In this document: piece by piece, positions 39,578-53,959 of the stretch
Numbering within the stretch: the stretch's first letter is position 1
How the letters are laid out: every line of letters begins with the position of its first letter
Assembly: GCA_050084985.1 (NCBI GenBank)
Contig: JBITNC010000001.1
Span: forward strand, 30,318,001-30,382,000
Length of the DNA: 64,000 nucleotides
Source of the DNA: Nageia nagi
Taxonomy: Eukaryota > Plantae > Pinophyta
Direction of reading: 5' to 3'
Notes under the pieces: generated by a model
What the model was told of the DNA's origin: nothing
The model's input: the letters and a program-made list of their open reading frames with translations, nothing else
Databases searched by the model: none
Program-made: the position numbers and the translations under genes

Positions 39578-40763
39578 TGTAAACACCCTAAAATTGTATT
39601 TTACATTATTAACAAAGTTATAATAAAATTTATGGAGTTTATAATATCATGTACTATTATGTCTTCTTAATATATTTTTACAACACTTTTAATTAGTTTG
39701 ATTAACACCATTTTAATCTTTAAGTACTTCTAACACTTTGGTTCCATTTTCCCAGACTACTGCTCAATCATCCAAATGACCCTGTAGATTATACAATCAT
39801 TTGGATGATCTTGTTCAAGGTTTATAAAAGGAATATGGGCTCACTTTTCAATACCTTCTAGAAATTATTTCATAGGTTATGCAATTACTATACTTGAATG
39901 GACATGCATCTAAGTTTGGGATATCAGATTCAAAGGGTTACATTAAGTCTTAAGCCTACATCTTCATGCCTTGGGATCACTTCTCCATGCTCCATGGATT
40001 GAGGTACCTTGTGTAAATTGATGAGATTATGTTATTAATCATTATTTTCATGAGTATTTGTAGGTTTTAAAGCTTTAAATAAACCTCCATTGAATACTTG
40101 TATCCTTCCTTGAATTGAATATTTATTGTTGTTTGGCATATAGGCACACTTAGGCTAATATTCACATCTATGATTTTAACATAGATTTTGATCTTTAATG
40201 TTTAAACCTTAGGGTTTTAAGGGTATTTATTATGTCATTAGTCTTGTTAACATTATATCTATCTTTGTTTTCTTCCATCCATTGTTATTTGTAATATTTG
40301 ATCATATTAGGCAAATCTTTATGCATGCATAGGCTTTGAGTAGTCTTTTTCACATCATTGCCAATATTATCATTTAGAATTATCAAATTTTATTGCATAA
40401 AATTTTTCTATAGTCTACATTTATAGATCATATTTGCATTATAGGCATTTTAATCATTTATACTATGCTCTTGATTATGGGCAAAGGAGGCTTACAACCC
40501 TTTTGAATTAGGGTTCCAACCCACTTGGATTGTCACAAGGTCCCAAGGACTTGTGATTTGAAGCCTCCTATAATTTATTTTCATTCCTTTTATGTCTAGA
40601 GAGCTTCTTGCATTAGTGAATTACAAAGGATAATTTCTAAACCCATGTTTGTCAATCTTATCAATAACTCATATAGGAAAATAGATGCAAATCTATCAAG
40701 ATCCTTGGAATTCCTCATAAATATTTTGAGTGGTTAAGGTACAAGGGTTTTGAGTTATTTACA
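39578..40763 (+). repeat. 3' LTR of element Y
   Basis: Direct repeat with 21843-23012, preceded by PPT. Confidence 0.92.
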
Positions 40764-41537
40764 AATATAATTTGAGGTATGTAGCCTTTTCTTTGATTTT
40801 TTAAGGGTTGGGTTTAAGCAAAAGGCCAAACTATGCATTTAGTGTTCCTTGTGATAGAATTGCTTTGGCAAGCATTTGATTATGGAGTTTTATATCCTGA
40901 GGTATTGTCATTTCCTTTTTCTTGGGTCTCTTCTTCAAGCTTACTAGAGTGTTTGGGTCAACTATGAATTTGGTGTTGATTTTTGGGCTTCCTCTACTAC
41001 TTACTTTGGATTTTTTAGTTTTTAATGTTTTGCATTATCTCCTTCCACCTAGGGCTATGGTATTTGTTCTTGAGTTTAAGATAGGAGTGATCTCTATATT
41101 GACTTACTTTTTCAATGATACATGTCATATAAGTCATGCATTATGATCTAAATATGATTCAAAGCATGTGAGATAAAGATAAGTATCTTGTAATACATTA
41201 GAATCTTGTATAAATGTAATATTGGTATAACATAAAAAGTAAATTAGCCCTTTATGATCCTTATCTTCATTTTATGCTAAGAGAATTCTTTAATTAAATC
41301 TAGTTTATGTGGTTCAATTTTCAATTAGGCCATGTCATAATTTTGAAATAATTCAATTGAATAATTCTCTTAAATAAAATGATTTATAATTAAAAGTTAT
41401 GATTTACTAGGATCCTCAAATGCAAGTTTTCCCTTATAAGGGTTTTAATCTTACTCTTCTATATTATAAAATTGCATGTATATGTGATTTAAAAAACTAA
41501 AATAAATAAAGCAAATAATATATAACAAATAATTACA

Positions 41538-41541
41538 TATA

Positions 41542-41580
<39 letters not shown>
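41538..41580. repeat. (TA)n microsatellite
   Basis: Direct observation. Confidence 0.95.
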
Positions 41581-41581
<1 letters not shown>

Positions 41582-41626
41582 TATAGTAAATATATATTAT
41601 AGTTCCACTTTGAATTAAGCTCTAAG

Positions 41627-41874
41627 TTTTTTTTTTTTTTTTTAATGAGGTATTACAACAATAGGAAAGAAGTATGTTGTTGTCTACAAAAATATCAAAT
41701 GTATCCTCTTAATAGTTTGTAAGACTTCTCAAACTCATCTATCAATCTACTAATAATTTCAAATATTAGCAATATCTTAAGAATATTTGTAATATTCAAC
41801 TTATTTCCCAAGATTTAATGAGGTTCAATAACAAATACAATCATACTAAGTACAAGAAGATGCAACTTTAGGTC
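41627..41874 (-). mobile_element. 3' end of a LINE with poly(A) tail (continues at 57290-~57660)
   Basis: T17 run at 41627-41643. Rejoining across the TSD AGGTC gives minus-strand LYVEG.DLKV, resembling the L.VEGDSK motif of plant L1 RNase H. Confidence 0.5.
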
Positions 41875-42432
41875 TAAGAGAACTAAGCCTAAATGAATAA
41901 ATATTTAATCTATATAGATCTTGTGAAAGCTCTCTAAAATATCATCATAATAACATAAACACAATAGTCAATCTCATAAAGTTGACAATAATATAAATTG
42001 ATTCCTCCAATCAAGAGAGTACATCCACTAATCTAATATCTTATTATTCTCAAAGAGCACTCTCATACAAGGCCTCTTTCTACTTCTCCTAACAATCCTA
42101 GAGCATAATATTTCTATAAATTTGAGTTATTAATATTAAGGAGAAGGCCCTCTATTTATAGGCCAAAATCATCCCTTAGATTACTTTTTAACGATTATAC
42201 AATGTTATGATATATGTCACCCTTTGACCCAAAGGGCATTCTCATGTGATTGAGTGTAGAAAAAGTTACATTATTTTATTCAAAAATACTTAAAAGGTAT
42301 CTAGGGATAATTTTAAGTATTAATGAATTTATATTATCATATTTACTAAATACGTAAGGCATATAGAATACCTTTAAGTATTAAGTGAATTACATAAAGA
42401 GACCTTACAATAATGCATTATACATTCCAACA
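41875..42432 (-). repeat. 3' LTR of V
   Basis: Direct repeat with 56751-57289. Confidence 0.92.
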
Positions 42433-42879
42433 CTTTTTCTTAATGTAATATAGGGTAGAGTGAAGAGAAGAAAAGAAATAGAGACTAAGAGAGAGTTATC
42501 CTTCATAGAAATACAATTGAAGAGGAGAACATTTACATCTTTGAGAAATAAGCAAAATCTTAGATTAAGGCTCATTACATTACCATTTAAAAAAATAGTT
42601 TATAATACAATCATTAATTGTAATTGGTTTCACTATATAAAGTATTCATTCAACAACAAGTTGACATGATGAACCTTCATGAGCCTACCTACTTGAAGTA
42701 GGTAAAATGCACTCTCAAGAAGAAACCTATAAGCTATAAGTAGCTCATAAACAAGATCAATTATATGTATCATATAAATATTAAAATCAACATAATATAG
42801 ATGAATCAATTAATGCCATCCATAAACTAATCAATGGTACACTATAAGTCATCACGAAGATTCCAAGCCAATAGAGCAT

Positions 42880-43160
42880 AAGCATATATGAGTTCCTAAT
42901 ATATGGATAATAGAATAGTGTCAAAATGAATATACTAGTTCCTCATATATGGCTAACTAAAATAGTTGTAGCAGAACTATCATATGCTCCAAAATGTATA
43001 ATTAGTTCCTTAAATGAAGCGAACTAATAATGAAGTTGTATATCATATGCTAAAAAATGTATAAATAGTTCCTCACATTGAAAAAAATAACCATAAAGTT
43101 ATCCATCATATGCTAAAAAAATGTACAACTAATTCCTTTCATGGAGAGAACTAATCACAA
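42880..43160. repeat. ~60-65-bp tandem repeat in the 3' UTR of V
   Basis: Repeated atcatatgct..aaaatgtata...agttcct units. Confidence 0.7.
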
Positions 43161-43239
43161 AGGTGTACATAAAGATCAACACTATACAACCAAGAGGTCT
43201 TCTAAGAATGAAGTTATCATGATAGACATGAATTCAACA

Positions 43240-46200
43240 ATAATTCAACATTCAGTCTCCCTTGAGGGAAACTTCACCAACCTGATAGATTCTTTAAATT
43301 TATATAATTGGGCTTCAAAAAGGAGTTGGTGAATAAACTAGCAAAGTATAGGATTGATAGATAATATTGCAATTGTAAGATATCATCTAGAACCTTTACA
43401 TTGATAAAATATGCTTCTATTTGAATATATTTTTTCTTTTATGGAGTGTAAGGTTCTTTACCAAAGTAATAGCTGAATAATTATTTAAAAAAATAAAAAA
43501 TGGGTGAACTTGCTCATACCTAATTTCTTTTAAAATGTGCCTCAATCAAATAACTTCCCAAGTTTCAACCAACATGACATGATATTCTACATTTATGTTG
43601 GAGAGAGCAGTAATAAGCTACTTCTTAAAATCCCAAAATATAGCACCTAAATTGATGCTAAATAAATAATTTGAGGTTGATTTTTTGTAATCTTTATCTC
43701 CCTCATAGTCAGAATTTGAGAACCCTAAAAGAATAAATGAGACTAACTTAAAGTACTTAAGAGCAAGATCCTTCATTATCATAGCATACCTCAAGATTTT
43801 TTTAACATTGAGGTGTTGAATATATGTTTATTACATAAACCATACCATAAGATTTACTGCAAAGGTAATATCTATCCTAGAGATAGTCAAATAAAGATTA
43901 CTATTAATTAATTTCTTGTAAGCTATAGCATCTTCCAACTAAGAGTTGGAGCTAAGAGATAGAGTGATTTTAGAAGATACTAGGATTGTAGTAGGTTTGC
44001 ACTCCTCTATTCCAAACTTTTGTAATATATCTAATATATACTTAGATTGATTAAGATAAGTATAATCCTTGTATTGGTACACTTGCATACCAAGGTAGTA
44101 GTGCAAGAGACTAAGATTAGTCATTTAAAATATTTTCTTAAGTTTGGATATACACTCTTGGATGATTTTAACATTATTTTATATGATGAATAAACCATCC
44201 ACATAGAGAAGAATAAATATCAAATCTTATTCCTTATTGAACATATATAGATATGCATCAAAAAATCACTTAGAAAACCAAATATCTTTAAAGTATCTTA
44301 AAATCTTTTTATACCAAGTTCTAGGTACTTGCTTAAGTCCATACAAAAACTTATTTAACTTGCATGAAAAAGACTCTTTATCTTCTATAACAAACCCTTT
44401 TGGTTCCAAGTCACCATTGAAAAAAATACTCTTGATATCAAATTGAAAAACTTTCCATCCCTGAGCTATTGAAAGAGCAAGGATTAACGTGATTGTAAGA
44501 ATCTTTTCCACTAGATCAAAGGTCTACTCATAATCAATGTTGTATTTCTGAGTGAAACCCTTAACTACTAACCTTGCCATGTATTTGTTAATTTCTCTAA
44601 CTAAATTATATTTTAACTTGTAAATACACTTATTGTGAATCATATTTCATTCATTGGCTAGGGAACCAAGTACCAAGTTTAATTTTTTATCAAAGCCTCA
44701 TATTCCACTTTCATGGCTTCCATATAGCATTTGTTCTTCAAAGCTTCTTTGAAAGATGAAGGCTCATTCTTACTATCATTTTTTGGAAAATAAGGATTTA
44801 TTTAAGGTTCTAATTCTTATTGTATTTTATGTTGGAGAATGTTTCTTATGAGGTGATTTATCTACACTAATATCCATCCAATTAGGTGCAATATAAGAGT
44901 CATAAAGATCATCCAAATCCTCATAAGAAGTAGATTCCTTAGGAAGTTCAATGAACTTTATATCCCTCAAGATGAACACTAATATAGAGGAAGAAGAGTA
45001 GAGTATGTACCCTCTATGCTAACCATCATATCCCACAAATATACACTTTTCATATCTCTTGTCTAATTTCTTCCTTTTCTTAAAAATAATAAAGGCATAA
45101 GCATCATAACCAAAAACCTTAAAGTGAGATATGTTATGTTTCTTTCCCATCCATGCCTCATATGGGGTTTCAACTTCAAACACTTTCATAAAATACCTAT
45201 TCAGAGTGTAGATCATAGTGCTCACAGTTTCATCTTATAAGAAACTAGGGAGATTTCTCAACATGTAGTTATCCATTTTTTAAATGGTTCTATTCTTTCT
45301 TTTGATAACACCATTTTGCTAAGGGATGTAAGGGATCATGAACTATATTTTAATTTTATATTTAGAATAATAATCATTAAAATCATTGCTATTATACTCA
45401 CCCCCATTATTAGATATCAACATCTTGATCTTGAAATTGGTCTGATTTTCAACTAAGATTTTGAAATCTTTATACCTATTAAAAGTTTGATCATTTTGCT
45501 CTAAAAGATAACCAAATGTCATCCTACTAAATTTTTCAATGAAGGTCAAGACATATGATGCTACCCCAAGATACTTAATCTAAAATGGATTCATAAAATC
45601 TAAATACATAAGTTGAAGAGGTTATGTTGCCTTTATTGCCTTATCTTTCTCAAAATTTTACCTATTCATCTTGCCTAGGATGCACTTCTCACAAAGACCA
45701 ATTATGGGTGATATCATAGATAAAATTTTCATAAATTCTTGATATTTCATGACTTGAATACTTTTATAGTTAAGGTGGCCTAATTTATGGTGCCAAATAT
45801 TTCTCCTAGAGAAAACATTCATACCAAGGAACATATTTTTTTTTACTTGATCCATAATGTAGAGATCATCTTTCGTGATCCTTTCACCAAAGTGGAAAGT
45901 ACCTTATTCATGAACCAAGAGTGTGAATTGAACTTGAATGAGTATCCTTTCCTTGTAACCTAAATTACAGAAAGAAGGTTCATATTGAATTTAAGGACAC
46001 AAAGTATATTTTCAAGAATGTTTCTTACAACAACACACTCTTAATACATTGAACTTAAAGGATTGATTTATCACCTATCATAATTGCATATTTTCTATAC
46101 TTATATAAATTTTCAAACATAACCTTTTCAAAACACATGTGATTTGTGCACCCAAAGTCAATAATCTAATTAGACTCAAGAAAATGTGAGAATTGGAGTA

Positions 46201-47110
46201 AAGATCACAAACATAAGCATATTTCTTATTCTCCTTCTTTATTTTAAAGTTGTTTAATTTTTCAAATCCTTTTCCACCTTTATATTTCTTTTTTTTATAG
46301 CAATCAAATTCCCTATGACCATATATGCCACAAAAATTATAGTTAATATCTAATTTAGCTTTGGATTTGCTATACTTATCGTGGCCTTTTTGTTGTTTGT
46401 TTCCTCCTTTATTGAAATACTTTTTTAGAGCATGGAAATAATTATTTTGGATATTGAATTTATTTTTGAAGTAATTCTTCACTAGCCTAAGTGCCATAGG
46501 ATACTCCTTAAGAGTGTAAATCGATAACTTTTTATTAAGTGTTTCCTCATGTTTCAAAAGAAGCCTTGAAATATTTTTCAAGGAGAATACTTTTTCTTTA
46601 TCATCGAGCCTCATTTCAATGACTATTACAAAGTGATTGAATTTAGTAAAGAGAATTTGAAAAATGATGAACACTATAAACTCATTATGATATAATTGCA
46701 ACCACACCCTACAATTTGGGTCCTAAGGTTAATAATCTTGTTCAAATATATTGCAACACTTTCATTTTTCTCTTGATGTGATCATAATAATTTCTAAAGA
46801 ATGATGAACCTCCTAGAGAATTTGGTGTTGAGGTAGATTTTATTCAACTGTCCTAAGCTTCCTTTATAGAGTTTGAAGAAAAGATCATGAGAAAGATTTT
46901 TTCTGACATTACATAAAATATCATAAAGGTTTCCAACTTATTCTTTATGTTATAAGTCTTAAGTGTCTTTTTCTCAATTATAGCAACTTGATTTTCATTT
47001 ATAATTTACCATAATTTTTATGATTTGAGCTTTATTTTTATCATAGGTTCCTAAATACCATAGTTAGAACCATCTACAATGTACTTAGATGAAAAAGAGT
47101 CCCCCCAAAA
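43240..47110 (-). pseudogene. gag-pol of Copia V
   Basis: Zinc knuckle NFCGIYGHREFDC; protease IIDFGCTNHMC ~46170-46135; WHHKLGHL; integrase NNGGEY, TPYEAW, KCIFVGY; RT YGLKQ, LYVDGL ~44200, YYLGMQV; RNase H SDYEGDKDYKKSTS ~43700. Copia order INT-RT-RH. Confidence 0.93.
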
Positions 47111-47129
47111 TAAGGTGGAAGTGTTAATT

Positions 47130-47300
47130 AATATAAACATGTTAAATTTGAGAATCAAAATCAACCATACATGTTGTATTTGTTAAATTATTAATCAATC
47201 ATACATGTTGAATTTATTCAAATTAATCAACCATACATGTTGAATTAATCAAAAGTAATCAACAAGTCATGCTTAAATTATTAACCAATTTTACATAAGT
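47130..47300. repeat. ~30-bp tandem repeat upstream of V gag
   Basis: About 5 units of aatcaaccatacatgttgaatt. Confidence 0.7.
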
Positions 47301-48594
47301 AAAAGGTTTCAATCAAATCAAATAATATACATCCAACATTTTATCATAACCAAGTAATATAGTTGTAGAGAGGTTAAAGTTGAAGCTTATTTTCTTATTT
47401 AAAATTAGATCTTCACCTAGATGCTCACATATTGGAGCCCAAGTCTTATCAATCCTCAACTAGTTTGACTTAGTTAGTAATATACTCTCACAAAGATGAG
47501 TAATAGTTATTTTCTAAAGTTGTGATGTATATTGGACCAACCAAATTATTATCTTAATTGAGTTTTTAATTTTTCTTCATAATTATCAATATAATACCTG
47601 AATGGATGTATAGACATATGGTATCAATACACACATATTTATCCACCTATATGGAGTTATGTCTAGATAAACAGAGGATTTAAGGGCAATTAAGAAGTAC
47701 AAACTTTTCACCATTTGTATCAATAGACTAAAAGGCTCCAATCTATTTTGTCCTCACCTCATGGCTGCCCAAGCAAGTCATGTTGCATAATAAAATATGC
47801 ATATGTATTCATTTTAGGATGTGCATTTTCACTATTTATGATTTTTGTAAAAATATAAAATAAAGGTGCATAAAGTAAAGTGCTTAAAATGATACATCAT
47901 ATAAACTTGAAATCTAAGATTCCACTTGATATATCATCCAAAAAAATCTAAGAGAGTCTAATTAGTTTCGTGACAACTATAAGAGGACCTCTTTATAAAA
48001 AATAGCATGAGTTCATTATTTTTAAGTAACAATAGAGTCCCCCCTTTTTACTTAAAAAAATGAACTTAGCTAAACAATTTCATGCTAAAATACATACACT
48101 TAGCAAGATTCACCCTTAAACAATTTTTGCTTAAAAGCATTTAGAATTTGCCTTTTTATAACAATATTTTCTCAAAAAAGTACCTCAGAAAATTAATACC
48201 TTGTTTCAAGTACTTGCCCCTTAAATTTTTGAGAAAAATAAAATTTATATCATGCTAAAGTTCCCCCTTGAATTTAATGAGTAAAAAAAAGTCCTTATTC
48301 CTTTATAAAAATAAATTCTCTTTACAAAATATTTCCCCATTAAAAAAATTAAACTTTCCCTTTCAAAAAAATAAATAAATTGATAAGGAATTTTCCTATT
48401 TAAAAAAATAATACACATTAAACTCCCCCTTTGAAATGAATTTACTTCATAAAAAGTTAAAAAATATCATCATTTTTTTAATTCAATTCCATTTTTTTTT
48501 AAAAATAACTCCCACAAAAAATTATTTTAAAAATAACCAATATGTCCTAATAAAATTTAACTATTATCCTCATAATATTTTCGAAATAAATAAA

Positions 48595-51500
48595 CTAGCT
48601 ATTGCAACCTTGTGTAATAGGTACGTCATAGAATAATAATTGTGCTCTCTAATTTTAAGTGTTATTTTTTTATTAGAAGAGATAACATAATCAAAATATT
48701 TACTTAATATGTATTTAATTAATTAATAAATAAGTTTCCAACAAGTCATTTAAAAATTCAAAAATTAGGTTCCTTGGAAGTTGTCAAGTTGAAATCTTTA
48801 TCTTGGACATCATTTTCTCTTCCTCCAACTTGATCTCTTCATCCTCAATAATTTCCCCCTCTTCCTCTTCATCTATAGAAACCCTTATTGTAGGTCAACA
48901 CAAGAGGTTACTCTTCCACTAGACTTACTAGCTTTCTGGATCCATGGAGTGGCCCAGTGAAAGTGCAACTACTTATCTCTAAAATGCACACAACCATAAG
49001 TAGATTCCAAGATATATTGAAAAAAAGAAACTAGAAAAGAAAATTATTGAGAGAATGAGGTACCTTTGCTAGTAGTATTCTACTCTTCTGTAGGTAATTT
49101 AGCAAGCAGATGGAAAGAGACATGGGAGTTAAGATTAGAAATGGTAAGAGGAAAGTTAAATACTCCATGTAGAAGTGGTGTAATGCAATGATTAATGTGT
49201 TGGTGATGATGGTAAGAGGAGCACCTTATTGGCAAGTGTATTTTTTACTCCTCATTGATTTTACTATCAGTATAGAAGTGGAAGCCATCACATTGTTCTA
49301 CAACTTAATTATTGAGGGAAGCTATGTGGCAATTCATCCAATTTGCACTTGACATGTTCTAAAGTTCCAATGCCCAGAAAGTGATTAATAGTAGTATTAA
49401 TTATAGTTTAAAATTACTAAACCTAGACTGCATGCAAGACTTTTACATTGCTCACTCCCTTGATTAATCCTAATAAACCCAAGATCAAAGTACACATCAG
49501 ATTTATTCTACTCTCTTTATGTTAAAGTACCTCATTACTTGTAAGCCCACTAAAATAATTTATTATTCATTGAGTATTCTCTATTTACTTCAAATATTTC
49601 TCCTTCCATTTTTGTGATTCGTGTGCTTCCTTCTCTAACTCTTTACTCTACAATAGCAGATAATGCCTAAAAAATAACATTGATAATCAATAATAATGTA
49701 TATTCATACAAATATTTAATAATAACACTTTTTTGAAAAATGAAATGATGGAATGATGAAATTTGTTGCATTAATTTACATCACCAATAATCCCTATAAG
49801 AATATTTTTCGCAATTGAAATGAAGAAATCGATTCATATCCTTAGTAACAATGTTCCTTACAATAATCCTAGGGATAAACTTGTTTGCAAAACTTTAGTC
49901 ATCACATAGTTAAAGGTTCTTCACAACCTTAGTAACAATTCTAGTGGAGTCTTTAATAACTTGAACACAATTGCCAAATTTTCTAAGCAATTCTTTATCT
50001 TTAGCTTTCATATCATTCAATATAGGTATTATATTTGGTAATATAATCCACTACCTTCATATTAATTGATAGTTTCTTCAAATTATCATAGATATCATGT
50101 GTTCAATCTATATCCTATAATAAAAGTGTGAATACTCTATCAACTTCAATTTAAATACATCCAAGAGTCTTTTTATTTCCTCTTTTCTTTCATCAATATC
50201 CTTACTCAAAACATCATCCTTGTTGCCCACTTTAGTAGAAATATTTGTAATGAGAACATATGATGGATTATATTTAATCTCCAACAAAAATAATTATTTC
50301 CATGTAATCCCCACTCCTATATTTATAAGTGGTGTACATGTACCAATCAGATGTTGTTGCACATCTAATTTGGTATGGTTATGTAGCAAAAGGTGATCAA
50401 TAATACATGTATAATAATTTGCCAAGGAATAATTATAATAAGAGTCACTATAACACCCATCACTAGTCCTACTCAACTATTTGCAACTAGAATACATAAA
50501 CATGTTATGCTATTTTGCAACCACTCTTTGAGGGATTTCTACACCTTCATCTAGAATTCCCATTATGTCGCATGTTGGAAGGATATGAAAAAGGTTGTAG
50601 GGTTAGGATTTACTCTTAAAAATTGTACCTACATAAAATTTCATGTTATCCATATTTTGTGATTGCTATGCATCGTGAGGCTATAACTATTGCAAGCATG
50701 TCATCAAATAACTTGCATGCATTTTCTATGTTTCATAATTTATGTATACATCTACTAATGTATTCACATTACAACATCTAATCTTATTTTAAAGATCCTT
50801 TAAAGTGGGCTTTGATGGTGCTAGGAAAGGTGGACAAGAGATTCTCCAACAACCTGAGCATAATGCCAACTTTCCATGTTGTTGGTAGAGTATCCATCCT
50901 CAACCCCCACATAATGCTAGAATACACATGGCATAATCAATTGATGCTCCAAATAATTTTCATCATCGTATATATTCTAAAAATGATTTATAATCATCGA
51001 TTCAATATTATGTATTCTCCCTCTTTAAGAAAATGTCTATAATGTAAATAAAACTCTCCCAAGTGAGTAACCGACTATCATTATCAAATATAGCTAATTT
51101 TTATTCCAAAAGAATGCTTACACATATACAAAGGAAGCCTAAACATATACCTTATGTATAGAAAATAAAATATTAGTATACTAAAATTAATTTAACACCT
51201 TATGCACATACAACAAATATGAACAAGTTAAAAATAAAAAGTAAGAGACTAGTAATATAGAATTATATTGTAGAAATCTTATAAAAAAAATTTATTGAAT
51301 ACAAAATATGGAAAATATAATCTAACACATGCAAATGCTTTTGAAGTAAACACATGTATACTTTAGTTTTGTGTGATAAAAGAACAACCATTTCTTTTTA
51401 GCACAAAATTATTGTATCTATAACTCGTAAGAAACTTGTGGGAAAGTAACTAGCAATGACCTAAAGTAAAATATGAATACATCATGGCAAGAAGACCAAG

Positions 51501-53959
51501 AGGAGAGATTATGGTATTGAGATTTAAGAAGGTTAATGAGGAAATATGAAATAAGTACAAACCAATATTTTCCCTTACCTCTCATTATTTGAAAATTTGA
51601 GATCAGTATCCATAGAATTGGTAGGTTCTCTACTCCTACTTTGATCTAGCTAGTGGTTCCATCAAATTTTAGATAGGGAGTTACATCTATAGAAATTTGG
51701 TCATTGTATTTTAGTAAGAACAACTCTATAAGGTAGAGAAAAGGGGGTTGAAGATATATGGCCATACTAAAGCAACTACTTATCTCAAATCTAGAATGTA
51801 ATATTAATCACCTAGGAATATACATCATTTGATCCTCAAATAAATGATATTGATGGGTGGCAATAGTATTTGTAACAGATAAGAAGCAAATGGAAGACCC
51901 ATAATGTTGGTGATTTAGGATTTGGTTTTGGTGGAGGATGCATGGATGTGAGCCCCCTCTTCCACAAATTATGACATGCACTCTCTACATTAGGAGATGC
52001 TAGGAAGAGGCCCCTCCTAAGTGTAATGGAAGTTCCCTCCCTAGGCCATTGACCTTGCTAATCACCCATTAACCCCACCAAGATAAGTATATTTTAATGC
52101 TTCTCCTCCCCTCCCATTTATCCTCTCTCCTCTTTCCCTCTCCCTTGGCAGTCTTGCATGTGGGATCATCATGCAACTTTTGTTCAATGTAAGTGTGCAT
52201 AAATAATTAGTAGTTACCTAATGGATTTTTCAATGGTGCCACTCCATTTAAGCTCATATTGAGTTTATAATATAATAGCTTTAACAAAATTTGTTGCATC
52301 TTATAGTAAAGTTGCCCTAAATATTTTTACCCAAACCATGAAACTTTATAGATGGATGAAATACAGATATTATTTTTGTATCTCATTTTGGCATAGTGTA
52401 TTATGTTAATTAGCTTGATTTCATTTATTAATCAATTTAAATAATAAATACCATACATTCTTTTTATAATATAGAAAGAAAAACTTTACTATATTATAAT
52501 ATATAATTTTATTTCTAATAATTTAAATAAATAATAAAAAATAAAATATTATAAAGCTTTTTAATCATGTTTACAAAATTTTATATATGATTTAGATGTC
52601 AACAAAATTGTGAACAAAATTTTTGTGTGTGTGTGTGTGTGTGGGGAGCATAAAACTCAAGCATCAATGCTTCATTATAAATGGTAACTTAGAATCATTC
52701 ATATTTTTTTGAGGATAGAGAGTACTGCTAATATATAAATAACATTTTTTTGGTTAATTCAAGGTGTTATAGGCTATTCTAGATTCAAAGGTATAATATA
52801 GCACCTCAACTAGATAAGGAACATGTGTAGAAAATGAATTATATTTTAATCTTATATTGAGTTTCTCCTTAGACAATAATTAATCATCTACATACATGTC
52901 ATTTTTATCAAATATGGTAATATAGATTTTAAAAAAAATCTAAAATCCCTTGTATGTTTAGTATTTATGTGCAATTATATTGTAATATGTATATTTAAAA
53001 ATATTTATATTTAGTTTGAGATAGTTAATATAAAAATTACAGTGAACTAACTATATCAATTTTTTTTTATAAAAATTTAATAATACATTATCATATTAAT
53101 AATATAATATTTCTATATTATAACATTTGATAATTGATTACAAATAGTATTTTTATTTTTCTTTATGCATATCTCACTAATCATATCATGGGAAAATGAT
53201 GACAACTAAGAAATCTCATATAATTAACATAGTTACTACCTCCTCAAATTGATATTCTTATCAAAGACTTGATATTTATTTCATATATCTCACATAATAA
53301 CAAGGTTGTCATTCTTTAATTGCTAATATCCCTCTTTACAATGCTATTCAAGGGTGTAAATGAATAATGAATGATCTATTATAATATGGAAAGATTTGAA
53401 TATATTTAATAAATTAATTGTAGTCATCCTATTTTTATATGGTCATTTTAATCATCTTTTTTATTATACTATTATATTGTAATATTTATTTTTAATAATA
53501 ATCTATCTTCTATACTAGATAGGTAACATTATTGTCATACATTATATTTTTATATCTTAATTATACTTCAAAATATATTACAAACCATATTAGTAAATAT
53601 AGATATGGAGTTTAAACTTATTAAATATAAAAATTTATTATCAAGAGAACCAATTTATAAAAGGCAATTTTTTCACTTTGTTCATACATTATGAAAATAA
53701 ATATCTTTTGAGAACTTCATCTCTTTCTATCAACATGAGTTAAATTATGTGTTATGAATGTCATGGATAAGTAAAACTAAAATATTTGAATGTCTTCTTG
53801 AAAAATTTTCTTTATTAAGAATTGTATTAAGAGATTATATGAATTCTAAAATTCATTAGTTTATATTCATGTCTTATTGTACATATTTTTGTAGGTTATT
53901 CTATTTTAATTACAAAATAATCATCAAAGCATTCTAAAAAGTATTAATAATTATATAGA
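48595..53959 (-). mobile_element. Putative non-autonomous Helitron-like insertion in the leader of V
   Basis: Minus strand ends ...cgtacctattacacaaggttgcaatagCTAG|T at 48595 (decayed subterminal hairpin). Candidate 5' end is A|TCTATATAATT at 53959. The region has no counterpart in the leader of paralog U. No Rep/helicase motifs seen. Confidence 0.4.
50510..50628 (-). pseudogene. PLS-class PPR gene fragment (about one motif)
   Basis: Minus strand VQFLRVNPNPTTF/ILPTCDIMGILDEGVEIPQRVVAK with one frameshift. It resembles the PPR pattern MQ..GV.P...TF.SILPACA..G.L..G.EIH..V and is preceded by ttttatgtag. Confidence 0.6.

Larger units (their letters stand above)
21843..40763 (+). mobile_element. 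Element Y: full-length decayed Ty3/Gypsy Tat/Ogre-like retrotransposon (18.9 kb)
   Basis: LTRs 21843-23012 and 39578-40763 (tgtaaa...tttaca). PBS tagtgatcatggtggga resembles a deaminated tRNA-Arg PBS. PPT aaaaaggggc. TSD aatag/aatat (4/5 match). Domain order gag-PROT-Gpatch-RT-RH-aRH-INT. Confidence 0.92.
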
